A DNA stretch of 64,000 bases, taken from the NCBI GenBank assembly GCA_016871615.1, contig VHCX01000012.1, forward strand, positions 287 through 64,286. Direction: 5' to 3'. The first letter of the stretch is position 1. Every line of letters begins with the position of its first letter. This stretch comes from Verrucomicrobiota bacterium. GTDB taxonomy: Bacteria > Verrucomicrobiota > Verrucomicrobiia > Limisphaerales > UBA9464. The notes under the pieces were generated by a model. The model was given only the letters and a program-made list of their open reading frames with translations. It was not told the DNA's origin and did not search any database. Positions 17,596 to 27,790 of the stretch are shown here, piece after piece. The translations under genes were made by a program, and so were the position numbers.

Positions 17596-20490
17596 TTGGA
17601 GATGCGTTGTTTGCGGGCTCACGATGTCGTCGGGTTCCTCGCACTGCTCGGGTGGGCCTTCGCCGCCTGGGCCGATGTCCGGCCTCCCTGGACCTCCGGA
17701 CGGGTGCGCGGATCGCCGGAGCCCCCGCCGATGGCCCAGGTGGAGCGGGTGTTCCCCCGGCTCCAGTTCAAGGACCCGGTCGAGTTGTGCTCCGATCCCA
17801 CCGGTTCCCGCCTGTGGGTCCTGGAACTCGGCGGCCGGCTGGTCTCCTTCACCCCGAAGCCCGATCCGGCGGCGGCCGATCTCGCCGTGGACCTGGCCAA
17901 GGCCCGCAACCCCTTCGCCCAGGCGCTCGGGATGGCCTTCCACCCGGGCTTCGCCACCAACCGCCTCCTCTACCTCGTGTACGTGGTGCGTGACCGCGAT
18001 CCGGCCGGCACCCGGTTGAGCCGATTCCGGGTCGGGTCGGAAGATCCGCCCCGCGTCGATCCCGGCAGTGAGCAACTGCTGCTGACCTGGATGGGCGGCG
18101 GGCACAACGGCAGCTCGCTGCAGTTCGGTCCAGACGGGTTCCTGTACGTCTCGACCGGCGACGCCACCGCGCCCGAGCCTCCCGACGGCCTGTTGACCGG
18201 CCAGAACCTCGACGACCGGCTGAGCTGCATCCTGCGCATCGACGTCGACCGTCCCTCGGGCACCAACGCCTTCTCCATCCCTCCGGGCAACCCCTTCGTG
18301 GGGCGGCCCGGGGCGTTGCCGGAGATCTGGGCCTACGGCTTCCGCAACCCGTGGCGCATGTCCTTCGGCCCGGATGGCGCGCTGTGGGTGGGTGATGTCG
18401 GCTGGGAGTTGTGGGAGACGGTCCACCGCATCCGTTCAGGCGGCTACAACGGCGGTTGGAGCCGCATGGAGGGACCGCAACTGGTCAACGCCTCACAGCA
18501 GCCGCCGACGCCGGTCTCCGACCCGCTCCTGGCGATCCCGCACAGCGAGTTCGCCAGCATCACCGGCGGGTTCTTCCATGACGGGGCCGACGGATTGCCG
18601 CAGCTGCGCGGGGCCTACGTCTTCGGCGACTGGGAGACCGGCAAGGTGCGTGCCCTGCGCCTCGAGGGCGAGCGCATCGCCTGGAACGAGGAACTCTGCG
18701 ACACGCCCCTCAAGATCATCGCCTTCGCCAGGGATCCGTCGGGCGGACTGCTGCTGATGGACTACCGGCCCGATGCCGGCATCCATCGGCTCACCGCCCG
18801 CCGGGCGGCCACGGATGCCGCGGGGGCGTTCCCTAGGCGGCTCTCCGACACTGGGCTCTTCGTCGACACGGCGCGTCAGGCGCCCGCCCCGGGCGTGGTG
18901 GAATACGGCGTCACCTCGCCCCTGTGGTCCGACCATGCGGTGGCCCGTCGCTGGGTCGCCATCCCGGGATCGGGCGTGGTGAAGACCAAGGTCGGCCGTG
19001 AATCGCACGAGCGCCGGTGGGACTTCCCGGCCGACTCGGTGCTGGTCAAGACCCTCAGCCTCGAGCACGAGCCCGGCCGGCCGGAGTCCGCCCGCCCCGT
19101 CGAGACCCAGGTGCTCCACCAGGGCCCCGAGGGCTGGCAGGCCTACGCCTACCGCTGGAACGAGGCGGGCACCGACGCCGATCTCGTGCCGTCGGCCGGT
19201 GCGGTGGTCGAGCGGCAGGTGGCCGATGCGCGGGAACCCTCGGGCCGGCGCACCGAATCCTGGCGCATCGCCTCCCGGGCCGAATGCCTGCGGTGCCATA
19301 ACGCCTGGGCCGGTCCGCCGTTGGCCTTCAACTTCGAGCAGTTGCTCGGCAAGGCCGATCTGGGCGAGGCCGGACGCTTGGCGGGTCTCGGCGTGATCGA
19401 GGTGCACGACGACCTGCGCGCCACGGCGCGCCTGAGCCGTCCGGCCGACGAGACCGCCGACCTCGAGTCCCGCGCCCGCTCATGGCTGCACGGAAACTGC
19501 GCCCACTGCCACCGCTGGGGGGCGGGCGGTGCCGTGCCGCTCTTCCTGAACTTCGACCGGCCGCTGGCCGACAGCCGCCTGATCGACGTGGCCCCGGCGC
19601 GCGGCACCTTCGGCATGGCCGAGGCCCGCGTGATCGCCCCGGGCGACCCGTGGCGCTCGGTGCTCTGGTACCGGATCTGCACCGAGGGATCCGGACGGAT
19701 GCCCATCCAGGGATCCCGCCGCGTCGACGAGGCCGGCACGGCGCTGGTGGCCCGGTGGATTGTGGGCCTCGCCTCGATGCGGCCTCCCTCCGAGTCCGTG
19801 CGCGCGGCCCGTGCCCGCGTCGTGGCTGCGGCACCGCTGGACCTCCCGATCGACCAGACCTCCGGCGCGCTGGCCTACCTGGCCCGCGTGCCTGTGCCGG
19901 ACCCGGCCGTCGTCGGCAGGGCCGTGGTCTCCACCAATGGGCCGACGCGCGACCTCTTCCAACGCTTCCTGCCGGCCTCCCGGCGCCGGCGCGTGCTCGG
20001 CGAGGGGTGGGACGAGGCCGCGCTGCAGGGGTTGGTGGGCGACGCGGGGCGGGGCGGGGCCCTCTTCCATGCCGACTCCGGACCCCAATGCGGCCGCTGC
20101 CACCGTGCCGAGGGGAAGGGACGGGAGTTCGGCCCGGGTCTCGACGGCATCGCCTCCCGGCTGGACCGGAACGCGCTGCTGGAGCAGATCCGCTGGCCCT
20201 CGCGGCGCATCGCCCCGGAGTTCGCGTTGCACCAGGTGGAGACCCGGGACGGGCTCCAGCACTCGGGATTCGTGGTGCCTGCCGGCAAGCTGGCGGCCGG
20301 CGCGGCCGCCCCGGAGGGCCTGCGTCTGCGGACCGAGGGCGGCGAGGTGACGACCCTGGCCCGGGACGCCGTGCTCTCGGACACCATCTCGCCGGTGTCG
20401 GCGATGCCCGAGGGGTTGCTCGACGCGATGACGCCGCAGGAGGTCGCCGACCTGCTGACCTACCTGGCCCGGCTGCGGGCTGTTCCCTGA
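17596..20490 (+). CDS. Soluble-glucose-dehydrogenase-like (PQQ/SGL beta-propeller) domain fused to a region with three CxxCH haem-c motifs
   Basis: N-terminal signal-like segment. Propeller motifs 'GMAFHPGFATNRLLYLVY', 'GGGHNGSSLQFGPDGFLYVSTGD', 'PPGNPF' and 'IWAYGFRNPWRMSFGPDGALWVGDVG'. CxxCH motifs 'CLRCH' (19285-19299), 'CAHCH' (19498-19512) and 'CGRCH' (20089-20103). Confidence 0.8.
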   Translation: MEMRCLRAHDVVGFLALLGWAFAAWADVRPPWTSGRVRGSPEPPPMAQVERVFPRLQFKDPVELCSDPTGSRLWVLELGGRLVSFTPKPDPAAADLAVDLAKARNPFAQALGMAFHPGFATNRLLYLVYVVRDRDPAGTRLSRFRVGSEDPPRVDPGSEQLLLTWMGGGHNGSSLQFGPDGFLYVSTGDATAPEPPDGLLTGQNLDDRLSCILRIDVDRPSGTNAFSIPPGNPFVGRPGALPEIWAYGFRNPWRMSFGPDGALWVGDVGWELWETVHRIRSGGYNGGWSRMEGPQLVNASQQPPTPVSDPLLAIPHSEFASITGGFFHDGADGLPQLRGAYVFGDWETGKVRALRLEGERIAWNEELCDTPLKIIAFARDPSGGLLLMDYRPDAGIHRLTARRAATDAAGAFPRRLSDTGLFVDTARQAPAPGVVEYGVTSPLWSDHAVARRWVAIPGSGVVKTKVGRESHERRWDFPADSVLVKTLSLEHEPGRPESARPVETQVLHQGPEGWQAYAYRWNEAGTDADLVPSAGAVVERQVADAREPSGRRTESWRIASRAECLRCHNAWAGPPLAFNFEQLLGKADLGEAGRLAGLGVIEVHDDLRATARLSRPADETADLESRARSWLHGNCAHCHRWGAGGAVPLFLNFDRPLADSRLIDVAPARGTFGMAEARVIAPGDPWRSVLWYRICTEGSGRMPIQGSRRVDEAGTALVARWIVGLASMRPPSESVRAARARVVAAAPLDLPIDQTSGALAYLARVPVPDPAVVGRAVVSTNGPTRDLFQRFLPASRRRRVLGEGWDEAALQGLVGDAGRGGALFHADSGPQCGRCHRAEGKGREFGPGLDGIASRLDRNALLEQIRWPSRRIAPEFALHQVETRDGLQHSGFVVPAGKLAAGAAAPEGLRLRTEGGEVTTLARDAVLSDTISPVSAMPEGLLDAMTPQEVADLLTYLARLRAVP

Positions 20491-20525
20491 CGGTCGTCCC
20501 GGGGTCCCACGGGGCCCGGCCGGCC

Positions 20526-21242
20526 TCAGCCCATGTCGGCCGTGAAGTAGAGGATCCGGCTGCAGCTCGGGCAGGCCACCAGTTCGTTCTGTGCCTTGGC
20601 CGAGACCACCGACTGCGTCGGAAGCTTCATGTGGCACCCGCCGCACACGCCGCCGGCCACGCCGACGATCAGGTTGTCACCCTTGGTCTTGAGCAACCGG
20701 TCGTAGCGGCTCAACACCGCCGGGTCCGTGATGCCGGCCGCTGCCGTGGCGCGGGCCTCGGTGGCGCTGGCCAGCTCGGTGGCGAGGTGCTTCTCGCGGG
20801 CCGCCAGATCGGCCAACTGGCGGTCGGTCTCGGCCTTCAGGGCGGCGTGGGCCCGGGTGGCGACGGCCACCTGTGCGTTGGCCGCCTCGATGCGCTCCAT
20901 GAGGTCAAGCTGCTGGTCCTCGAGCTTGGAGATCTCCCGCTGGCTGGTCTCGATCTGGTGCTCGTAGGCCTTGTACTGGTCGTTGCTCCGCGTCTCGTTC
21001 TGCTGGGCGCGCACCTTGCCGATGCGGTCCTTCAGGGCGTCGGCCTCCAGCTCGAGCTTCTTGCGGTCGCTCTCGAGCTGCTGCGCCTGCCGGCGGATGG
21101 CCTCGAATTCGGCAGCCCCGGCCGCCGCCCTGCCCTGCACGAGCTGCCCCTGACCCGGGATCGTGGCCGCCTCGGCCCGGACTCGGAGGAGACGGCGGTC
21201 GCGATCCTGGAGGATCAGCAGGTTCTCGATGATCGGGAGCAT
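20526..21242 (-). CDS. Coiled-coil protein with a C-terminal C4 zinc ribbon (COG1579/DUF164-like)
   Basis: Internal ATG at 21242 ('MLPIIENLLILQDRDRRLL...'). A long heptad-rich region is followed by 'GGVCGGCHMKLP...LVACPSCSRILY' (CxxC...CxxC). Confidence 0.7.
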   Translation of the reverse strand: MLPIIENLLILQDRDRRLLRVRAEAATIPGQGQLVQGRAAAGAAEFEAIRRQAQQLESDRKKLELEADALKDRIGKVRAQQNETRSNDQYKAYEHQIETSQREISKLEDQQLDLMERIEAANAQVAVATRAHAALKAETDRQLADLAAREKHLATELASATEARATAAAGITDPAVLSRYDRLLKTKGDNLIVGVAGGVCGGCHMKLPTQSVVSAKAQNELVACPSCSRILYFTADMG

Positions 21243-21430
21243 GGGTGGGCACGCTACCGGCGGCCCGGACGCCGGGCAAGGGTGCTGACCCGGCACGGGC
21301 CCGGCGGCGGGCGGGGAGGCGGAAGCCATCGGGCCCGATGGACCCGCTCCAAGGTGCGCTCCAGCGGGGCGGAAATCCACAACCTGTCCGGCCGACTGGC
21401 GGAAGGCCGAGTAGGCGTTATCCTCAGTCC

Positions 21431-22972
21431 ATGATGTGTATCCGTTCTTCGTCCCGTGCCTGTCGTGGAGCGCTGCTTGCGGCGCTTCTTTCCGTCCCGG
21501 TGCTCGCCAAGGAAACCTCCGCCGTCCCGGCCAGTCCGGCGCTGGAGATGGCCCGCCAGCTCAACCAGGCCTTCATCGAGGTGGCCGACTCGGTCTCCCG
21601 GTCGGTCGTGGTCATCAAGGTCAAGACCAAGGAGGACAAGGAAGGCTTCGAGCCCGGGGGGAACCCGCTGCTCGAGCAGTTGCCCGAGGAGCAGCGCCAG
21701 CAGTTCGAGCGCTTCTTCGAGCGGTTCCGGGGCCAGACCCCGCGGCGTCCCCGCAACCAGCCCGAGCCGACCGACGCGGAGGGCAATCCGTTCTACAACG
21801 GGCGCGGTTCCGGAATGGTCATCCGCGAGGACGGCTACATCCTGACCAACCACCACGTGGTCGAGGATGCCGAGGCCACCCTGGTGGTCTTCAAGGACGG
21901 CCGGGAGGTGAAGGCCGAGGTGCGCGGGCGCGATCCCGAATCCGACCTCGCCGTGCTCCGGTTGACCGAGAAGGTGCCCGGCCTGGTGCCGGTGCGGTTT
22001 GCCGACTCCGACAAGGTGAGGGTCGGCGAGTTCGCCATCGCCATCGGCGCGCCCTTCGACCTCGAGTACAGCGTGACCTTCGGCCATGTGAGCGCCAAGG
22101 GCCGGCAGGTGGAGGACATGCGCACCCTCTCCGACCAGGACTTCATCCAGACCGACGCCAACATCAACGTCGGCAACTCCGGCGGGCCGCTGGTCAACAT
22201 CAACGGCGAGGTCATGGGCGTGAACTCCATGATCCGCACGTCCATGGGCGTGGGCGTGGGCATCGGCTTCGCCATCCCGTCGAACCTCGCCCGGGAGATC
22301 GGCGACCGCCTGATCGAGGACGGCCGGTTCGTGCGGTCCTGGCTGGGCATCGGCATCGCCGACCTGCGCGAGTACCGCGGCTTCCGCGACATCGAGACCA
22401 AGGCCAAGGACGGCGTGGTGGTGCGGTCCATCGAGCCCAGCGGGCCGGCCTACGGCTCGGAGCTGAAGCCGGCCGACGTCATCGTCTCGGTCGACGGCAA
22501 GAACGTCTCCACGAAACAGCAGTTTCGCAGCCTCATCTCGCGCAAGAAGGCCGGCTCCGAGGTGGTGCTCGACGTGTTCCGCCGCGACGAGAAGATCCGG
22601 GTCAAGGTCAAGCCCGACGAAAAACCCACCCGGGACCAGATGGCCGCCTCCGGCCGCAAGCCCAAGGCCCCGAAGGAGGCCGCCGCCGTGATGGAATTGG
22701 GCATGACCGTCAAGCCCATCACCAGGGAGCTGGCCAAGCAGTTCGAGATCGAGGCCGCCGAGGGCGTCCTGGTCACCGAGGTGCAGCCCGGGTCGCTGGC
22801 CGACCGTTACGAGATCAAGCCGGGGGATGTCATCACCGACATCAACCACGAGCCGGTCCGCACCCCCAAGGAGTTCCAGGCCGAGGTGGCCAAGGCCAAG
22901 GGGCGCGTGCTGGTGAGCTTCGTCCGCGACGGCACGCCGCAGTTCGAGGTGCTCAAGGAGCGCTCGAAGTGA
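21431..22972 (+). CDS. HtrA/DegP-family periplasmic serine endoprotease with two PDZ domains
   Basis: ATG at 21431 ('MMCIRSS...VPVLA' signal). Catalytic triad contexts 'ILTNHHVV', 'DLAVLRL' and 'GNSGGPLVN'. Two PDZ-like repeats ('GVVVRSIEPSGPAYGSELKPADVIVSVDG', 'GVLVTEVQPGSLADRYEIKPGDVITDIN'). Confidence 0.9.
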   Translation: MMCIRSSSRACRGALLAALLSVPVLAKETSAVPASPALEMARQLNQAFIEVADSVSRSVVVIKVKTKEDKEGFEPGGNPLLEQLPEEQRQQFERFFERFRGQTPRRPRNQPEPTDAEGNPFYNGRGSGMVIREDGYILTNHHVVEDAEATLVVFKDGREVKAEVRGRDPESDLAVLRLTEKVPGLVPVRFADSDKVRVGEFAIAIGAPFDLEYSVTFGHVSAKGRQVEDMRTLSDQDFIQTDANINVGNSGGPLVNINGEVMGVNSMIRTSMGVGVGIGFAIPSNLAREIGDRLIEDGRFVRSWLGIGIADLREYRGFRDIETKAKDGVVVRSIEPSGPAYGSELKPADVIVSVDGKNVSTKQQFRSLISRKKAGSEVVLDVFRRDEKIRVKVKPDEKPTRDQMAASGRKPKAPKEAAAVMELGMTVKPITRELAKQFEIEAAEGVLVTEVQPGSLADRYEIKPGDVITDINHEPVRTPKEFQAEVAKAKGRVLVSFVRDGTPQFEVLKERSK

Positions 22973-25532
22973 CCGCCGGGGTGGTGCCCCGCACGATGGC
23001 CACCACGGAGCGGTCCGGGTCGAGGTAGGTCTGGGCCACGCGGCGGATGTCGGCGTCGGTCACCGACTCGAAGCGCGACGCCTCGGCCTCGAAGTGGTCG
23101 AAGCCCAGCCCGTACAGCTCGTCGAGGGCCGTGCTCATGGCGAAGGCGCCGAGGTCCTGTCGCGCGATCTTGCGCTGACCCATGAGCTTGGCCTTGGCGC
23201 GGGCGAGTTCCTCGGCACCGAGGCCTTCGGTCCGCAGGAGCCCGGCCTGGGCCCGCAGTTCCTGCTCGACCCGCTCCACCTGGTCCGGGGCCGTGCCGCA
23301 ATAGAGGGCGAAGTAGCCCGGAGTCTGCCCGGTCAGGAGGTTGGCTCCAACATAGTAGGCCAGCCCCAGTTCATCGCGGATGCGCATGAAGAGCCGCGAG
23401 CCCATGTCGCTGCAGGCCTCCTGGATCAACTCGAGGGCGAAGCGGTCGGGGGAATCGAGGCGGGCGCCCGGGAAGCCCAGCACCAGCACGGCCTGCTCCT
23501 TCTCGCGGGCCTCCTCGGAGCGGGCGGACCGCTGCACCGGCGCCGGCGTGGGGAAGGGCGGGTGGGGGCGGTCGGTCCAGCCGCCCAGGTGCCGCTCCAG
23601 GAGGGCCGTCAGGGCGTCGGGATCGACATCGCCGAAGACGGCCAGGACGCCATTGCCCGGCACCGTCCAGCGTGCGTGGAAGTCCCGGAGGTCATCCGCC
23701 CGCAGGGAACGGACCACCGCCTCGCTGCCCAGCGTGTCCAACCCGTAGCCCAAGTCGCCGAATAGCCCGCGGCGCATCGCCTTGAAGGCGCCCTGCAGCA
23801 ACTGGTCGCGCTGCCCCCGGATCGCCGCAAGCTGGGCCTCGCGCTCCCGCTCCAGCGCCGCCTCGGGGAAGGCCGGCCGCAGCAGGATCTCGCAGAGGAG
23901 GGCCAACCCCCGGGTGAGGTCCTCGCTCAACACCTCGCCGCTGAGGCCGAAGGTGTTGTTGCCGGCGTAGGCCTCGATGCTGCCCCCGAGGCCCTCGATC
24001 TCGCGGGCGATGTCCTCCGCCGAGCGGGTCGGGGTGCCCTTGATGAAGAGGCGCGAGAGCATCGAGGTGATGCCCGAGTCGGCGGGTGTCTCCACCCGCA
24101 GGCCGCCCTCGAAGACCGCCCGCATCTCGACGAAGGGCAGCCGGTGGTCGCGCTTGATGAGCACGCGCAGCCCGTTGGAGAGCCTCCGTCGCTCGATGGG
24201 ATGGCTGGCCGCGGCCGGTGCGGCGAACTCCCCGGGCATGCCCGAGGTCTTCGGCATCAGCGCGAACACGGTGCGGTTGTCGTCGCGCAGGTAGGTGCGA
24301 ACCACCCGCCGGAGATCGTCGGGGCCGACGGCGCGGACGGCCGCGAGGTAGCGCTCGGAGAAGTGGAGGTCCTGCACGGCGATCCAGTTGCCGCCGAGGT
24401 CCTGCGCCTGGCCCTCCATGGTCTTGCGCGAGGAGAGCGTGCCGACGGTGAACTGCTTCACGGCCTTGGCCAGCTCGGCCGGTTCCACCGGTTCCCGCGC
24501 CATGCGGGCGATTTCGCGGAGGATCCCCCGCCGGGCCTCGTCGAACCGGCCGCCATCGCACACGCCGCTCACGCCGAAGAGCCCGCCGAGCCCGGGGCTG
24601 TAGACCCAGGCGCTCACCGAGTGGGTCAGGGCCTCGCGCTCCCGCACCGCCTGGTACAGCCGCGAGCTGCGGCCGCCGCCCAGCAGCGTGGACAGCACGT
24701 CCAGCACCGGGATGTCCGGATGGGTCAGGTCGGGGATGTGCCAGCCCAGGTGGAAGTGGGCGTGCTCGACCGGGGCCAGTTCGACCTCCTCCCGGGGCGA
24801 CATCTGCCGGGGCTCCGGCGCGAGGTAGCCCGAGGGGAGAGTCCGGGCCGGCGAGCCCGCGAAGGCCCGGCGCACCTGTTCGATCACCTCGTCGGCCCGG
24901 ACGTTGCCCACCACCACCAGGAAGCAGTTGTTCGGCGCGTAGTGGGCCCGGTAGTAGGCCAGCAGGTCGTCACGGGTGATGCGATTGAAGAGGTCCGGCA
25001 GGCCGATCACCGGGTATCGGTACGGGCTGCGGGTGTAGGCGGCCGAGAACAGGCCCTTGCTCGAGCGCCGGCCGGGATCGTCCTCGCCCATGGCCATCTC
25101 GCGCCGGATGACGTCGAGTTCCTTCTCGAGTTCATCGGCCGGCAGCGTCGCGTTCTGGAGGATGTCGCAGAGGATATCGATGGCCGTCGTCGCCCCCGTG
25201 TCCGGGGCGTTGATCCAATACACCGTGCGGTCGAAGCTGGTGTAGGCGTTCATGTAGCCGCCGGCGGCCTGGACCTCCTGGTCGATGCGGCCCGCGCCCC
25301 GGGTGGTGGTGCCCTTGAAAAGCATGTGCTCGAGCACATGGGATAGGCCTGCCCCCAGCCACTGGCCCTCGTGGACGCTTCCGGCCCGGGCCCAGGCCTG
25401 CACGCTGACGACCGGCGCCGAGGCGTCTTCCCGGAGGAGGATCTCGAAGCCGTTGTCGAGGCGGTGGACCCTCACCCCCTGCGGGATCTGGGGCAGGCAG
25501 GCGATCTCGGTGTCGTGCGGCGTGGACGGCAT
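22953..25532 (-). CDS. M16-family (insulinase/pitrilysin-like) zinc peptidase, duplicated two-module form (859 aa)
   Basis: Internal ATG at 25532 ('MPSTPHDTEI...'). Inverted zinc motif HxxEH in 'GLSHVLEHMLFKG'. A second M16-like half follows. The 3' end overlaps the convergent htrA by 20 nt. Confidence 0.9.
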   Translation of the reverse strand: MPSTPHDTEIACLPQIPQGVRVHRLDNGFEILLREDASAPVVSVQAWARAGSVHEGQWLGAGLSHVLEHMLFKGTTTRGAGRIDQEVQAAGGYMNAYTSFDRTVYWINAPDTGATTAIDILCDILQNATLPADELEKELDVIRREMAMGEDDPGRRSSKGLFSAAYTRSPYRYPVIGLPDLFNRITRDDLLAYYRAHYAPNNCFLVVVGNVRADEVIEQVRRAFAGSPARTLPSGYLAPEPRQMSPREEVELAPVEHAHFHLGWHIPDLTHPDIPVLDVLSTLLGGGRSSRLYQAVREREALTHSVSAWVYSPGLGGLFGVSGVCDGGRFDEARRGILREIARMAREPVEPAELAKAVKQFTVGTLSSRKTMEGQAQDLGGNWIAVQDLHFSERYLAAVRAVGPDDLRRVVRTYLRDDNRTVFALMPKTSGMPGEFAAPAAASHPIERRRLSNGLRVLIKRDHRLPFVEMRAVFEGGLRVETPADSGITSMLSRLFIKGTPTRSAEDIAREIEGLGGSIEAYAGNNTFGLSGEVLSEDLTRGLALLCEILLRPAFPEAALEREREAQLAAIRGQRDQLLQGAFKAMRRGLFGDLGYGLDTLGSEAVVRSLRADDLRDFHARWTVPGNGVLAVFGDVDPDALTALLERHLGGWTDRPHPPFPTPAPVQRSARSEEAREKEQAVLVLGFPGARLDSPDRFALELIQEACSDMGSRLFMRIRDELGLAYYVGANLLTGQTPGYFALYCGTAPDQVERVEQELRAQAGLLRTEGLGAEELARAKAKLMGQRKIARQDLGAFAMSTALDELYGLGFDHFEAEASRFESVTDADIRRVAQTYLDPDRSVVAIVRGTTPAVTSSAP

Positions 25533-25809
25533 GGAGCGACGATAGTCGGCCCCTCCCGCCGCGAGGCAAGCCCGCCCCGACCGAAAAGCGGGGACTGCTC
25601 CCGGTCCCGGAGGTTGGCTTCCCGATGCCCTGACCTGAAGGCCTGGGGTGGGTTTGACCCGCTCGACCGCTTTCGATACGGTCCCGGCATGGAGACTGCC
25701 TCCGGTTCCACCGACTTTCCCGTGAGGCGTCAGGTCGGACGGGCGTCGACCCCCCGACAGGTCCTCTGGCAGCTCGAGGAACAACGCCGGTTTGTGCAGC
25801 ACCACACCC

Positions 25810-26315
25810 ATGGAAGACCAGCCATCGCCGAGGGAGACGCTTTCCCGGTTCGAAGAGTTGTTGGCCGGCCTCGCCCGGGCCGGGGTTGAGTACGTGGGGT
25901 CGGGGGCTTGGCGGTGATCCTCAATGGATATCATCGTCAGACCAACGACACCGACCTCCTGGTGGACCCGTCGCCGGAGAACATCCGAAGGCTTCTGGAG
26001 TTTCTTTCCGGCTGGGGCGAGGGCTGGGCCCGTGAGCTGACGCCCGGGGATTTCCTCCCGCAGGAGGGCTCGGTCCGGGTCATCGAGGAGTTCGAGCTGG
26101 ATCTCTTCACCCAGATGAAGGGCCGGCGGCTGGCGGAGTTCCGACCTCACCTGAGACACCTGAAATCCGGCGACTGCTCCATCGCCTACCTCGGCCCGGC
26201 CCAGCTCATCGAGCTGAAGTCCGGCTCCTGGCGGGACAAGGACCGACTCGATGTGGCTGCGATGACCGAGATCCTGCGCCGGGAGACCGAGGCGGCGGAG
26301 GAGCCTTCCACGTGA
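25810..26315 (+). pseudogene. Minimal nucleotidyltransferase-fold protein split by a -1 frameshift (or an assembly indel)
   Basis: Frame A (ATG 25810) gives 'MEDQPSPRETLSRFEELLAGLARAGVEYV' and then stops at 25915-25917. Frame B continues 'GVGGLAVILNGYHRQTNDTDLLVDPSPENIRRLLEFL...' to 26315. Joined, they give the 'GVEYVxVGGxAxxxHG...TxDxD' pattern of small NTases. The switch lies in a G-run near 25894-25899. Confidence 0.55.
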
Positions 26316-26483
26316 CCGCCCGTTGATCGGTGACCCCCCGGGGCTTCGCGGCGTGGTTCGGGCAGGTTCGGCGATGATCAGCCATATTCGGAGATTGGGG
26401 TCGGGTAATTCGTTGACGCCCGTTTCCCCGGGCCAACAGACTTGTCAAGCGATCGAACCGCGCTCCTTTTTCCACGCATTGAC

Positions 26484-27626
26484 ATGAGCACCTCCCCCGC
26501 CTCCCCGTCCGTCTCCAAGGGCCTCGAAGGCATCATCGCCGCCCACACCCGGCTCAGCGACGTCCGCGGCGACATCGGCCAGCTCATCTACTGCGGCTAT
26601 GACATCGACGAACTGGCGGGCAAGGTGAGCTACGAGGAGGTGGTGCATCTCCTCTACCACAACCATCTTCCGAACGGCAAGGAACTGGCCGACCTCAAGG
26701 CCGTGCTCGCGGGCTACCGCGACCTGCCGCAGGGGGTGATCGACCTGCTCACCAGCCTCCCGAAGGATTGCCCGCCGATGCACGCCATCCGCACGGGCGT
26801 GAGCGCGCTGGGGTGCTACGACACGACGGCCGATGACGACAACATGGACGCGCAGCGCCGCAAGGCACTGCGCCTGATCGCCCAGATCCCGGTCATCACG
26901 GCCTACTTCCACCGGGCCCGTCAGGGTCTCCCGCTGGTCGCCCCCGACCCGAAGCTCGGCGAGGCCGCCAACTTCCTGTGGATGATCGACGGCGAGAAGC
27001 CCTCGGTCGAGAAGGAGAGCACCATGGACATGTGCTACGTGCTGCATGCCGACCATGGCATGAACGCCTCGACCTTCAGCGCCCGGGTGACCATCGCGAC
27101 CCTCAGCGACATGTACTCCGCGGTGACCACGGCCATCGGCACGCTCAAGGGACCGCTGCACGGCGGCGCCAACGAGGGCGTCATCAAGATGCTCAAGGAG
27201 ATCGGTTTCCTCGACCAGGTCGACGCCTATGTGGCTGACTGCCTCGCGCAGAAGCGCAAGATCATGGGCATCGGACATCGGGTGTACAAGGTCCTCGACC
27301 CGCGTGCCCCGCACCTCAAGCGCATGGCCCAGATCCTGTCCTCCAAGCTGGGCGAGCCGAAGTGGATCCAGATGTCCGAGCGCATCGCCGAGATCATGCT
27401 CCGGGAGAAGAACCTCCATGCGAACGTCGATTTCTACAGCGCCACGGTCTACTACAGCCTCGGCATCCCGACCGACCTGTTCACCCCGCTCTTCGCCATC
27501 GCCCGGACCAGCGGCTGGACGGCCCATGTGCTCGAGCAGTTGGCCGACAACCGCCTCATCCGCCCGCAATCGGTCTACACCGGCCCCGTCGGCCTGACGG
27601 TGAGCCCGATCGCCCAGCGCGCCTGA
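26484..27626 (+). CDS. gltA: Citrate synthase (short, ~380-aa type)
   Basis: ATG at 26484. Motifs 'GLEGIIA', 'GPLHGGANE', 'GIGHRVYK' and 'NVDFYSA'. Confidence 0.93.
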   Translation: MSTSPASPSVSKGLEGIIAAHTRLSDVRGDIGQLIYCGYDIDELAGKVSYEEVVHLLYHNHLPNGKELADLKAVLAGYRDLPQGVIDLLTSLPKDCPPMHAIRTGVSALGCYDTTADDDNMDAQRRKALRLIAQIPVITAYFHRARQGLPLVAPDPKLGEAANFLWMIDGEKPSVEKESTMDMCYVLHADHGMNASTFSARVTIATLSDMYSAVTTAIGTLKGPLHGGANEGVIKMLKEIGFLDQVDAYVADCLAQKRKIMGIGHRVYKVLDPRAPHLKRMAQILSSKLGEPKWIQMSERIAEIMLREKNLHANVDFYSATVYYSLGIPTDLFTPLFAIARTSGWTAHVLEQLADNRLIRPQSVYTGPVGLTVSPIAQRA

Positions 27627-27790
27627 GCGGACACCGCGCCGCCCGGTCCCGGATTGCCCGGGGTCGGGACCGCGGGAGCCGGCACCCCGGCCCCGGCGGC
27701 CGAGTCCGGGTGGAGCCCCCCGGGGAGCCACGGCACGCGCGCTCCAGATTCACCGAAAGTCAATCCACAGGAAGACCCAGCCAGAACCGA

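Noticed and set aside
22953-22972. 20-nt overlap of the convergent htrA and M16 peptidase 3' ends
   Set aside because: Both stops follow well-conserved C-termini. Short convergent overlaps are common in compact GC-rich genomes, and I saw no evidence of regulatory significance.
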